From positions 23,316 through 87,315 of the forward strand of contig JBHLMP010000006.1 in assembly GCA_048938025.1 (NCBI GenBank): DNA of 64,000 bases, given 5' to 3'. A program made the position numbers and the translations under genes. This DNA comes from Promethearchaeota archaeon (GTDB lineage: Archaea; Asgardarchaeota; Lokiarchaeia; Sigyniarchaeales; SOKP01). Numbering within the stretch: the first letter of the stretch is position 1; each line of letters opens with the position of its first letter. The notes beneath the pieces are model-generated. The model saw only the letters and a program-made list of their open reading frames with translations, made no database searches and was not told the origin of the DNA. Positions 37,910 to 46,920 of this stretch are shown here, one piece after another.

Positions 37910-39058
37910 TTAAAACTCTTTATAATAAGAGATTAATGTATTTTTTATTTTTTCAAAATGTCCTAAATGCACCTTTAAGAGATCATCTAATGTTTCTCGG
38001 AGTCCTGCCTCTTGTACTTTCTTTAAGATTTTAAAATATGGTGATTCTTTGAGATTTTTTTCTAAAGGTTGATTTATTTCTGTACCTTTTAAGAGAAATT
38101 CGAGAGAGTCAACTTCTTTTACATTTATATTTTTTTGAATAATTTCTAACAACATTGTGTCAAAAGTAATCCTTAAAATAACTTCGTGATCAAAATCACC
38201 TGTTTTAGGCAATAGAACCTCCTTAAGAAGTGATATTGACTTTTGAAAGAGAGTAATTGAATCTTGTCCTAATTCTTTTATCTTTTGTCCAAAAGACCGA
38301 TTCTTAGTAAGAGTGAGACATAAAGTAGCTAGTGTTTGATATTCGGCTACAAAATGAATAAAGCGTGCTTTTGTGTTGAGAATTGTGTCTTTTGATTCTT
38401 CTTCACCTAAAAGTTCACCTAAATTATCAATAGATTTTCTGAAATATGTTGCTATTTCTAAGAATTTATTTGCTGAAGCTTCATAATCTTTGGCAGATAA
38501 TAGAAGAAGTGCATTTTTTTCTTCTTGTTCATATAATTCATCAAATTTGTTAATTCTCATAACAGCTTTTAAAATCAATCGTTTTCCTAAATCTTTTTTA
38601 ATACGAGAACGCTCATAAGCTTGTCCTGCTTTCAGAAGAAGAAGAGAAGAAGGGCTATGAAAGTCTTCTGGATCAGCTTTGATCAAATACTCAGAAGCTT
38701 TTTCCCAGCTTTCTCCAGCGGATTCCCAATCATTCATTTTATAAGAGAGATTTGCTAATCGCATGAGTAATTTAGCTGAGATTTCATATAGCTTTAATTC
38801 TTCAGTCTTTCTAATTATTGATTTTAATCGATAAAGTGCTTGAATATTATTCTTAAATTGAGATATAATCTGAACAATTCTAATAAATAATTCATCTAAT
38901 TTGATATAACTCCCTAAATCAATATAAATTTCAGCAGCTTTCTCATAAAGATCGATAGCTTCATCTCCTTTACCTTTATCAGCAAGATTCTCCGCTCTAT
39001 CAATTAATTGAATTGCTTCTAATTCTCTATCATCGTTATATGTATTACTAAACACCAT
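37910..39058 (-). CDS. All-helical TPR-like repeat protein (hypothetical)
   Basis: Repeated helix-hairpin patterns such as EAIDLYEKAAEIYIDLGSY and NDWESAGESWEKASEYL. Confidence 0.45.
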   Translation of the reverse strand: MVFSNTYNDDRELEAIQLIDRAENLADKGKGDEAIDLYEKAAEIYIDLGSYIKLDELFIRIVQIISQFKNNIQALYRLKSIIRKTEELKLYEISAKLLMRLANLSYKMNDWESAGESWEKASEYLIKADPEDFHSPSSLLLLKAGQAYERSRIKKDLGKRLILKAVMRINKFDELYEQEEKNALLLLSAKDYEASANKFLEIATYFRKSIDNLGELLGEEESKDTILNTKARFIHFVAEYQTLATLCLTLTKNRSFGQKIKELGQDSITLFQKSISLLKEVLLPKTGDFDHEVILRITFDTMLLEIIQKNINVKEVDSLEFLLKGTEINQPLEKNLKESPYFKILKKVQEAGLRETLDDLLKVHLGHFEKIKNTLISYYKEF

Positions 39059-39227
39059 ACTTTTTCAGCTTAAAAAGATAAAATGATATTTTGATATATT
39101 TAAACCAGAAATTTTCTTTATTATATTTATATCAAGTAATTATCTAGTATTTTAATTTATAGAATTTAAATAAATAAACTCTTATTTATACTTATTTATA
39201 CAAATAATTAGATGAAGGTTAGACTTT

Positions 39228-40115
39228 TTATTGATGATAAAAGAGCTTAATATTTCGATTTTTAACTATTTTTTTAAATTCGAAGCTTTGGTAAGCAGAT
39301 GAGAATGATTCTTTAGCATCTTCTATAGCTCCATAAAAAATGAAATTAGAAAACCATGTTGCAATAGACATTATACTAGCTCTTCTATAACGTGTATGGA
39401 ATTTAATATTTAGACGCGGTGATGAATATTGAAATAAGAATAGATTAGGTGCTGTGCCAACTGGAAGTTCTAGTGATGAACTAATTAAGCGTTGAGTTTC
39501 TAATATATGGGCTAAACTCTCCAAATTAATAACACCTCCATCAATCCAAATCTTTTTAACTCCTAAGTCTTTTAAACCTTCCAAGAGATTTACATTATTA
39601 GGTTGGTTTTTTTCCGTAATGTAAGCATATCTTTGAGTAGACGTCATATTTTCAGAGCTTATTATTAAAACCACTACTGAAAGTATTTTATATTTCTGAA
39701 TTATTTTTAATTCTTTATCGTTCTTTAAATTCGAAATGGTATTATAAATATATTGGTCGGGTTTAATACCTCTTTCATTAAGATATTCGACTCCACAAAT
39801 TCTAGACTCAAAATTTCCACCTAATACAAAAGGAGGATTAAAATGTTTCAAATAAAAAGCTAGATAACTAATCATAGCCTTGGGTGTAGATGCGGATATT
39901 TCAACTAAATTAGGTATTTTGTATTGATTTGATAATGAAATTTGTGTATTTATTGACTTTAAAGCTTTTCTCTCATCGAAAATTTCACTATTCTTACGAT
40001 TAACAAACGATTGACCTTGATAAAAAAGTGTCCCTATTAATACAGGGGGTAAATCAAAACTCCCTCGACCTACTTTTATGTGTCCGTAGGAATAAAATTT
40101 TGATTCTTTCATCAT
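39228..40115 (-). CDS. MtrH-family (pterin-binding) methyltransferase-like protein
   Basis: PPVLIGTLFYQGQSFV...EIFDERKA, IYNTIS and LPVGTAPN blocks parallel those of MtrH. Confidence 0.6.
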   Translation of the reverse strand: MMKESKFYSYGHIKVGRGSFDLPPVLIGTLFYQGQSFVNRKNSEIFDERKALKSINTQISLSNQYKIPNLVEISASTPKAMISYLAFYLKHFNPPFVLGGNFESRICGVEYLNERGIKPDQYIYNTISNLKNDKELKIIQKYKILSVVVLIISSENMTSTQRYAYITEKNQPNNVNLLEGLKDLGVKKIWIDGGVINLESLAHILETQRLISSSLELPVGTAPNLFLFQYSSPRLNIKFHTRYRRASIMSIATWFSNFIFYGAIEDAKESFSSAYQSFEFKKIVKNRNIKLFYHQ

Positions 40116-40252
40116 AAAACATCATTTTGGGTCTTGCCATTTTTCGGAGGATATAATTAGATATACTTCAATTAATTCAAATATTGCTTGAACATCTTTA
40201 AAACAAGATATAGCGGCTATTATCTTTAAAATTATAAAATTTATCTAAGCTA

Positions 40253-40540
40253 TTAAACAATTCTGTCTTTAGGTTTTCTTGTTTTTTTAATCTTTAACTT
40301 AATATCATGTTCTGAGATAAGCCAGACTAATACATCATAAGGTATCTTACGAAAATAGATTTCTGCCGCTTTTTCTCTGACTCGCTCTTTGTTCGTTAAC
40401 CTTGGATCTCGTTGAACAAGTAATTCTCGTTCGGCGAGCATCCAACATAAATTGTCATATGTGTAGTTCCTTTGTGAAAGATAATATGCAGCAACATTAA
40501 TTTGATCTTCTAAATCTATTTCTTTTCCACTCATTTTCAC
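40253..40540 (-). CDS. Hypothetical small helical protein with basic tail
   Basis: 95 aa. Lies 42 nt downstream of and co-directional with the vWA-zinc-finger gene. Confidence 0.45.
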   Translation of the reverse strand: MKMSGKEIDLEDQINVAAYYLSQRNYTYDNLCWMLAERELLVQRDPRLTNKERVREKAAEIYFRKIPYDVLVWLISEHDIKLKIKKTRKPKDRIV

Positions 40541-40582
40541 TCATTTTTATAAAATTTAATTTTTACTATGATTGCATTTTTT

Positions 40583-41785
40583 TTATTGAAGGTCAAGTTT
40601 GACACCACATTTTTTACACTGAGAATCTAATAATTTAACAAAGCAATCTTCATGGTATAGTTGACCACATTCTGGGTTACCACATTTAACTACTTTTTGA
40701 CCTTTCTCAAAAATAAATTGGCATATAGGACAACTTAAATAGAGATCATCCTCTCTAAGCGCATCAATATTCATTAATTTTGCCGAAAATGTCTGTGGTT
40801 TCTGAAAACTAGTTTCTTTTTTACCTTTTGAAAGAACCCTTAATTTCTGTATTTGGGAAACTTCAGTTGGGATTTTTAATAGATAAAAGCAGTGGGGACA
40901 CCTTGCAGTTCCAGATTTTTTTAATATACTGCTTTGTTGAGAATCTGCCCATGCTGCTAAACAATGAATATGAAATGGAGTTTGACAATTAGGACAATAT
41001 CTACCAGTAATATAAAATGATCCTTTAGTATATGGATTTTTATCAGAAAAGCAGATTGAGCATTTTTTAAAATCAGCTTCTCCTCTCAACTGTTTTATAC
41101 GCTGTTCTTGATCTTTTGTTAAATCTTGAACTCTTAATAAATTTGCAGCTATTTTCCTAAGGAAAGCTGGATTTTCAATATCGATTTTCTTTACTCCATA
41201 ATTTTTTACGTTAGCTTCAGCAAATTCATGAGCAGATTGTAATAAAGTTCCTCCATCATTATTAAAATAATATCTACCTCCTGTGAGATCACTTATTTTT
41301 TTTAAGATATTGACTTGGCTCGCGTCTCCAATTCTAAAAGTATCAATTTTTATATTTAATCCTTCTGCAAGACGAGCCATTCTTAAAGGATCGATAGCTG
41401 TATTTTTTGAATAGTTTCCATCAGAAATAAGAAGTATTTTAGGATTTTTAGCAGCAATTTTTCTTAATTCAGCAATAACAGTTTTAATTGATAAAGCTAG
41501 CCCTTCTCCCATATCAGAATTCCCTCCTAGTTTTATAGAATCCAATGCTGAAAAAAGGCTATTTATAAAAGTTGAAGTTGTAAAGTCTATAACCTTTTCT
41601 GCTATATCAGAAAATTTAATAATTGCAAACGCACTTGAAGTATCTAATTTAAATCTATCAGTTATTAATTTTTTAACAGCTTTAATACAACAAATTAATC
41701 GATTAGGAGTATAATCTGTTCTAAACATTGATCTTGATGTATCGATGCAAATAACGATATTTTCAGGGACTCTTTGCTCAGACAT
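40583..41785 (-). CDS. vWA-domain protein (p44/Ssl1-Rpn10-like) with two C-terminal C4HC3 cross-brace zinc fingers
   Basis: MIDAS DTSRSM followed by DYTPNRL. LTGGRYYF block. Finger 1 (aa 242-299): C-x2-C-x18-C-x2-C-x4-H-x2-C-x20-C-x2-C. Finger 2 (aa 352-393): C-x2-C-x12-C-x4-C-x4-H-x2-C-x8-C-x2-C. Confidence 0.65.
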   Translation of the reverse strand: MSEQRVPENIVICIDTSRSMFRTDYTPNRLICCIKAVKKLITDRFKLDTSSAFAIIKFSDIAEKVIDFTTSTFINSLFSALDSIKLGGNSDMGEGLALSIKTVIAELRKIAAKNPKILLISDGNYSKNTAIDPLRMARLAEGLNIKIDTFRIGDASQVNILKKISDLTGGRYYFNNDGGTLLQSAHEFAEANVKNYGVKKIDIENPAFLRKIAANLLRVQDLTKDQEQRIKQLRGEADFKKCSICFSDKNPYTKGSFYITGRYCPNCQTPFHIHCLAAWADSQQSSILKKSGTARCPHCFYLLKIPTEVSQIQKLRVLSKGKKETSFQKPQTFSAKLMNIDALREDDLYLSCPICQFIFEKGQKVVKCGNPECGQLYHEDCFVKLLDSQCKKCGVKLDLQ

Positions 41786-41996
41786 CTTATTTTGAAAATC
41801 TTATTGAGAATTTTGTTAGACAAAATCTAATAAATCTATTTTATATATGTATATTAATTTATAAATAAATAACAGTCTTCAGAAAAATAAAGTTTTATTT
41901 TCAATTATACTAATATTTAATAAAACGTTTTACAACTATTAAAATAAAGAATATATTATAAAATTAAAAAGTAAATGTAATTTAATCTGATGCATA

Positions 41997-43205
41997 ATGT
42001 CAGAGAATAGTGAAAAAGAGATTATTATTAAAGATTTTTTTAAAAGTAATGTAATTTTCTCAGAATTAGATGAAGTTTTAAGATTAAAGCCAGAAACTAT
42101 GATTGGTATAGATAAAGTAAGTTCTGATAAATTAGTTGAACATAATATCAAAACTGTTGAAGATCTAGCCAATCTATCAGTTGATAATCTCCCTGAGATT
42201 GAAGATTTATTACCTAATATATTTAGTAAGTGGGTCAAAATAGCTCAAGTCATACAAAAAGCTGTAAAAGAACAGTTAAGACGTCATAAGAAGCTTTTAA
42301 TGATCGGCTTAGATGCAGCGGGTAAAACATCAATCCTAGCAATAGTTCAAGATAAATTCTCGATTATAAAATCCTTGTTACCAACTAGAGGTGTAAAAAG
42401 AGAGAAACTAGACTTTTTCGGTTACCCGATTATAAGCTGGGACCTCGGAGGCCAAATTCAATATCGTGAGAAGCTATACTTCAATAGACCAGAATTATTT
42501 TTCACCGAGGCTGACCTTCTTTTATATGTTATTGACAGTCAAGATTTAGAAAGATTAACAGAATCAGCTAATTATTTTCGGGAAGTTCTAAATTCCTTAA
42601 TAGATTTACATGAGCAACCAAAGATTTTAATAGTTCTTAGTAAAAGTGATCCAGACTTTCGTAAATCATTCCAATGGCAAAAAAATGTTGAAAGTATCAG
42701 AAATAAATTTGACAAAGTTGCCGATGAATATGAGCAATTCACTGTAGATTATTGTGATACATCAATATTTCAACCCACGACCATCTGGCAAATGTTTAGT
42801 ATTGCCTTGAAGAAAGTTTCTGAAACTTCTGAAATTATCGAAAATATTCTTGAAGATTTTACTAGTCAGGTTGAGGGGAAAGCATCAAGTTTAGTTTCGA
42901 TGGACGGATTAATTTTTGGCAGTTATACCAAAACTAGTACTGATGAGATGTTAGTAAATAATACAGCACTTCTATTGCAAACACTTTCGAATTTTTATAA
43001 TTCAATTGGTCTTATTAGAGAAAAAACAATAAGTCTTGATTTACCACTTAATGGGTTTACTATTCGGGGTGAAAAATTGTTTGAGTATTCAGAGCTTCAA
43101 ATACCTGTATATTTATGGCTGCTTTCGGAAAACCCAGAATTATTACGAGGTAAAATTGATTATTTTAGAACACAATTATTGCCTTTGATTAACTTGTTCA
43201 TCTGA
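41997..43205 (+). CDS. Arf-like small GTPase with N-terminal HhH-like segment and C-terminal roadblock/LC7-like domain
   Basis: G1 GLDAAGKTS (Arf-type), switch I LPTRG, G3 WDLGGQ, G4 SKSD. aa ~280-402 show an alpha-beta-beta-alpha-beta-beta-beta-alpha pattern (ASSLVSMDGLIFGSY...). Confidence 0.7.
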   Translation: MSENSEKEIIIKDFFKSNVIFSELDEVLRLKPETMIGIDKVSSDKLVEHNIKTVEDLANLSVDNLPEIEDLLPNIFSKWVKIAQVIQKAVKEQLRRHKKLLMIGLDAAGKTSILAIVQDKFSIIKSLLPTRGVKREKLDFFGYPIISWDLGGQIQYREKLYFNRPELFFTEADLLLYVIDSQDLERLTESANYFREVLNSLIDLHEQPKILIVLSKSDPDFRKSFQWQKNVESIRNKFDKVADEYEQFTVDYCDTSIFQPTTIWQMFSIALKKVSETSEIIENILEDFTSQVEGKASSLVSMDGLIFGSYTKTSTDEMLVNNTALLLQTLSNFYNSIGLIREKTISLDLPLNGFTIRGEKLFEYSELQIPVYLWLLSENPELLRGKIDYFRTQLLPLINLFI

Positions 43206-43242
43206 TTTCAACTTTTTTTTAAAATTATCTTACCATTTTAAT

Positions 43243-43455
43243 TTATTCTAATTTCTTATTAGCTGTAAGTAAATATTCATTGCACTTTTCCATCATCTCA
43301 ATTGCTTTATTCAAATCATCAACAATTGAATCTAAACCTTTACTTTTTGCAATATCGCGCCATTTCAAAAATGATTCTTTGTGAGAATCATTGTGATCTG
43401 CCCAATGTTTCAATAATTTAGATAATTTTAAAATATCCTTATCTTGTTTATCCAA
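43243..43455 (-). CDS. Hypothetical small helical protein with HxxxHxxxH motif
   Basis: 70 aa. Contains HWADHNDSH. Lies downstream of cdhA but is separated from it by a T-run. Confidence 0.4.
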   Translation of the reverse strand: MDKQDKDILKLSKLLKHWADHNDSHKESFLKWRDIAKSKGLDSIVDDLNKAIEMMEKCNEYLLTANKKLE

Positions 43456-43570
43456 ACAATCTCACAATTTGAAAACTAAAAATAATATTATAAAAATATT
43501 ATGTATTATACATTAAATTTTTGACTTAAACTTCCAAACTTAGATTAAACTCAATAAATAATGCAATTTT

Positions 43571-43580
43571 AAAAAAAAAA
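43571..43580 (-). terminator. T10 run (minus strand) downstream of cdhA
   Basis: An A10 run on the + strand, 24-33 nt beyond the cdhA stop at 43604. Confidence 0.45.
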
Positions 43581-43603
43581 GAAATATAAAAATTAAAAAT
43601 AAA

Positions 43604-45952
43604 TTATGTATGGCATAATCTCTGAAGGAGAGTTGGATCTATAATCTCTTTTGGTTTCCAGCCCCTTTCTTTTAGATATTCTACGATATCATCTTTCATG
43701 CTAATAGGAATATCTGCCTCTACCCTAATGAATTTTTCTAAATCATTTGGGAATTTAACGCCCTTATATTTGCGTTCTAAGTCAATCCAATGAGAAAGCT
43801 TTATCATTCTTCCTTTCGAATTATCTGCTGGTCTTAAACACATTTTAGCAGTTAAACAAATAGCTTGTTCAATGGTTTCAGCTGTAGTTAATAAGTGTTC
43901 TGGACCAGGTCCAACTAAATGATCAGGAGTTCCATCTCTTGCATTCCATACCCTCCAGCTATCCTCATCGTCAGATCTACCAATATACATTCTTCTATAT
44001 TCTGCTGAATGTGGTCCAACAATTGCTGGTATACCCATACCATTTGCACTACTAGCAATACTAGCTGCTTTTTGGCTCATTGCACCCCACGCAACCCCCA
44101 CAGCTCCAACTCTGTTTAAAATATAATCAGAAATCTCTTCATAATTACCCCGGAGTGGTCTTCGGGCGAAAATGTTAGCTATTTTGATTGCAGCTCCATT
44201 AATGTGAGGATTTGAAACACATGAACCTACATTGACTAAGCCTCCTCTATCAAAATCACCAGGATATCGGTCATATAATGTTTTACCTTCCTCATCTTTA
44301 ACAAGCCCTATATCCATTGCTCCACAGCCTGATACAACTACAATATAATTACGTTTACAAAATTCTTCTGCCATTAATGCCAATTCCTGAATTTCTTTAC
44401 CATAATTAGCACAGCCAATGATGGCAACAACTCCCGGAATTTCTCCTAAGACTACAGGAGCTCCAACATTCCTGATTTCAACATCTTGAATTGGTCCTCT
44501 CCCAACTCTTATATTAAACGTCTCATTTCTGATCTTTTCTCGTCCAGCATACATGAGCAGTGTGAGTGGGGATACGTTCTTCATACAATCGGCTTCACAC
44601 CTACCACAATCTAAGCAATGATCAAAAGCATCAGCAAGAACAGAAAAATCTCCTTCCTTAACTAATCTAATTCCTTCAACAAGAGGTAAATCATTTGGAC
44701 AATTTCTCTGGCAATTTCCACATCCATTACAATGATAAGCCATTTCAATACAACCCTGCTCTTCTGGAACAGCGCTTTTTCCAGCTCTAATTGGTTTTAC
44801 TTTAATAGCAGTTTCAACAGCAACTTGACCTGCTTTTATAGGATCAAGAATTAGTACTCCCTCTGCTTTTCCACTAACTAAATCATCTATAATCTCTTCT
44901 ACTGGATCATCTGTTCTATCAGGCAAACCATTCATATTTTTTTCATTTGTCGCTATAAAAGGAGCATTAACCAGTTTTGCTTGCTCATAACTTCTTAGAT
45001 TTACACATTGTTCATCAACCATAACAACATCTGCTAAACCTGAACGGATATAGTGCATTTGTCGAGAAAGTGAACCAACAACTTTAGCTCCATCGTAATA
45101 ACGAGTTAAATCTAGAGCTGTGCAGCAAATCGCACCAACATCTACTTTATCTGATAGATTTTTTTCTCTCATATAATCGACGAGTTCTATTCCAGGTGCT
45201 ACATTATGACCTATCATTAGGATTGTTGATTTGTTTTCAGTATCCATTGTCCCCATACCTAACTCTACAAGTGGGACATCTGCTTCTCCCATTGGAAAAC
45301 CATATGCTGCAATTTGTACAGCATCTGCAATTTCCATACCGACAGCATCAGCTAAACCTGCTAAAAACGATTTTGCCTCGTAATCCAAATAACTTGCTTC
45401 TTGACCGGTATGTCCTGCAGCTAATAAGTGTGTAATAGTATAATGTACCCATTCCATTGCGGTCTCTAAATCCTCTAACGTTTCAGGTTTCATACCAACA
45501 ATTAAACGTGTACATGGCATTTCAACTTCAATGTTAGTTCCATAATTAATAGGTACATTGCCATATTTTTCTTTTAACCAATGTAATAAGTGATCTCCAT
45601 GAGCGCTATGACATGATGCTCCAATACAACAAGCAATTTCTACAATTCTCGATTGTTGAGTCTCCATATTGATTCCACAGGCTCCTGTTCTGCCTTTTGA
45701 TAAGTTACATTTACCAAAAGTACAAAGACAACACATGTCACAAATGGGCATATAAAATGGCTTATACCTCTCCATTAATTTGAAAAACCAACTACGCAGT
45801 GTAGGAATATGTGGTTCAGGAGTAGGGCCCATAGGTTCCCATTCTGTTTCGTCTCCGTATGAAACCTTTCCAGTAGTCAACTCGAAACCTTTTATTGTAC
45901 CCAAGGGTCCTTTATAAGAGTCTATTTTGAGTTTTGCGCCTTTTTTACTCAT
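43604..45952 (-). CDS. cdhA: Acetyl-CoA decarbonylase/synthase complex alpha subunit (anaerobic CO dehydrogenase catalytic subunit)
   Basis: N-terminal CDMCCLCTFGKCNL...GACGI cluster. Two ferredoxin-type CxxCxxCxxxCP motifs. C-terminal CODH blocks. Confidence 0.9.
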   Translation of the reverse strand: MSKKGAKLKIDSYKGPLGTIKGFELTTGKVSYGDETEWEPMGPTPEPHIPTLRSWFFKLMERYKPFYMPICDMCCLCTFGKCNLSKGRTGACGINMETQQSRIVEIACCIGASCHSAHGDHLLHWLKEKYGNVPINYGTNIEVEMPCTRLIVGMKPETLEDLETAMEWVHYTITHLLAAGHTGQEASYLDYEAKSFLAGLADAVGMEIADAVQIAAYGFPMGEADVPLVELGMGTMDTENKSTILMIGHNVAPGIELVDYMREKNLSDKVDVGAICCTALDLTRYYDGAKVVGSLSRQMHYIRSGLADVVMVDEQCVNLRSYEQAKLVNAPFIATNEKNMNGLPDRTDDPVEEIIDDLVSGKAEGVLILDPIKAGQVAVETAIKVKPIRAGKSAVPEEQGCIEMAYHCNGCGNCQRNCPNDLPLVEGIRLVKEGDFSVLADAFDHCLDCGRCEADCMKNVSPLTLLMYAGREKIRNETFNIRVGRGPIQDVEIRNVGAPVVLGEIPGVVAIIGCANYGKEIQELALMAEEFCKRNYIVVVSGCGAMDIGLVKDEEGKTLYDRYPGDFDRGGLVNVGSCVSNPHINGAAIKIANIFARRPLRGNYEEISDYILNRVGAVGVAWGAMSQKAASIASSANGMGIPAIVGPHSAEYRRMYIGRSDDEDSWRVWNARDGTPDHLVGPGPEHLLTTAETIEQAICLTAKMCLRPADNSKGRMIKLSHWIDLERKYKGVKFPNDLEKFIRVEADIPISMKDDIVEYLKERGWKPKEIIDPTLLQRLCHT

Positions 45953-46096
45953 ATTTTATCATTTTTATTTATATAATTTTTTTATTATTACATATTAAAT
46001 CTAATAATTATTCAAATTATTGATTTTATTAAAGGTATTCTATGAAGAGAATAAAATTGTGAATTTAAAACCTATTTATTATAATTTAAAGCAAAA

Positions 46097-46139
46097 GAGT
46101 GTAAACTTTGTATAATTTATGAGTGTGAAATTTCACACT
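46097..46139. promoter_or_regulatory. Perfect 18-bp palindrome AGTGTGAAATTTCACACT plus an upstream direct half-site GAGTGTAAA (candidate operator)
   Basis: Read directly at 46122-46139 and 46097-46105, in the divergent cdhA / Rab-like GTPase intergenic region. Confidence 0.45.
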
Positions 46140-46318
46140 ACGCCTACTTATATTAAAATTTCTTACATCTACGATATGTTTAAATTCAAAAATAATAATT
46201 ATTAGAATTTAAAATGCAAATATATTAAAAGGAATTATTTTATTAATAGAGTTGAGGAATTCTAGAAAAATGAACCTACCATTCTTAATTCCAAACATGA
46301 GTCAATATAATAGTAAAA

Positions 46319-46858
46319 ATGAGCAGAGCCAAAAGTCCTTTTTATAAAATATGTATAGTAGGAGACACTGGAGTTGGAAAAACTACATTAATGCATCAAT
46401 ATTTAGATTATAGATTTTTAGCAAATATCAGATCCACTATTGGTTCAGATTTTTTTATAAAACATCTTCAATTACCCGAAGATCATCAATCATTTACACT
46501 TCAAATTTGGGACTTAGCTGGGCAACAACATTATAAATGGGTAAGAAATGCTTTTTATAAAGGAGCGAAAGGAATTGTTTATGTATTTGATCTAACTCGA
46601 AGAGACACATTTGAAAATATTCCAAATTGGAAAAGTGAGGTTGAAGATGTTATTGGAGTTGTACCAAATATGTTTGTAGGTAATAAATTGGACCTTATTG
46701 AATCTATAGGGAGATTAGTAACAGATGAAGAAACACAGAAAATAAAAGGTGAATTAAATTCTATTAGATACGTAGAAACAAGTGCAAAAAAGGGTTTTGG
46801 GGTAAAAGATATTTTTCTTAATTTAACAAGAGAAATTTACAGTTCATGTCGAAAATAG
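46319..46858 (+). CDS. Rab/Ras-like small GTPase
   Basis: G1 GDTGVGKT, G3 WDLAGQ, G4 GNKLD, G5 ETSAK. 179 aa. No CaaX box (ends SSCRK). Confidence 0.85.
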   Translation: MSRAKSPFYKICIVGDTGVGKTTLMHQYLDYRFLANIRSTIGSDFFIKHLQLPEDHQSFTLQIWDLAGQQHYKWVRNAFYKGAKGIVYVFDLTRRDTFENIPNWKSEVEDVIGVVPNMFVGNKLDLIESIGRLVTDEETQKIKGELNSIRYVETSAKKGFGVKDIFLNLTREIYSSCRK

Positions 46859-46920
46859 AGTGTAAAAATTCTCAACAATTGTCTAAACCATTCAATAGGT
46901 TTAAATTTATGAACATGACT

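Noticed and set aside
37910-39058. Resemblance of the TPR-like protein to alpha-SNAP (for example NDWESAGESWEKASEYL against the SNAP helical-hairpin pattern).
   Set aside because: The similarity is confined to generic TPR-like heptad patterns. The protein is ~90 aa longer than SNAPs, and no diagnostic motif is present. It is kept as a hypothetical TPR-like protein.
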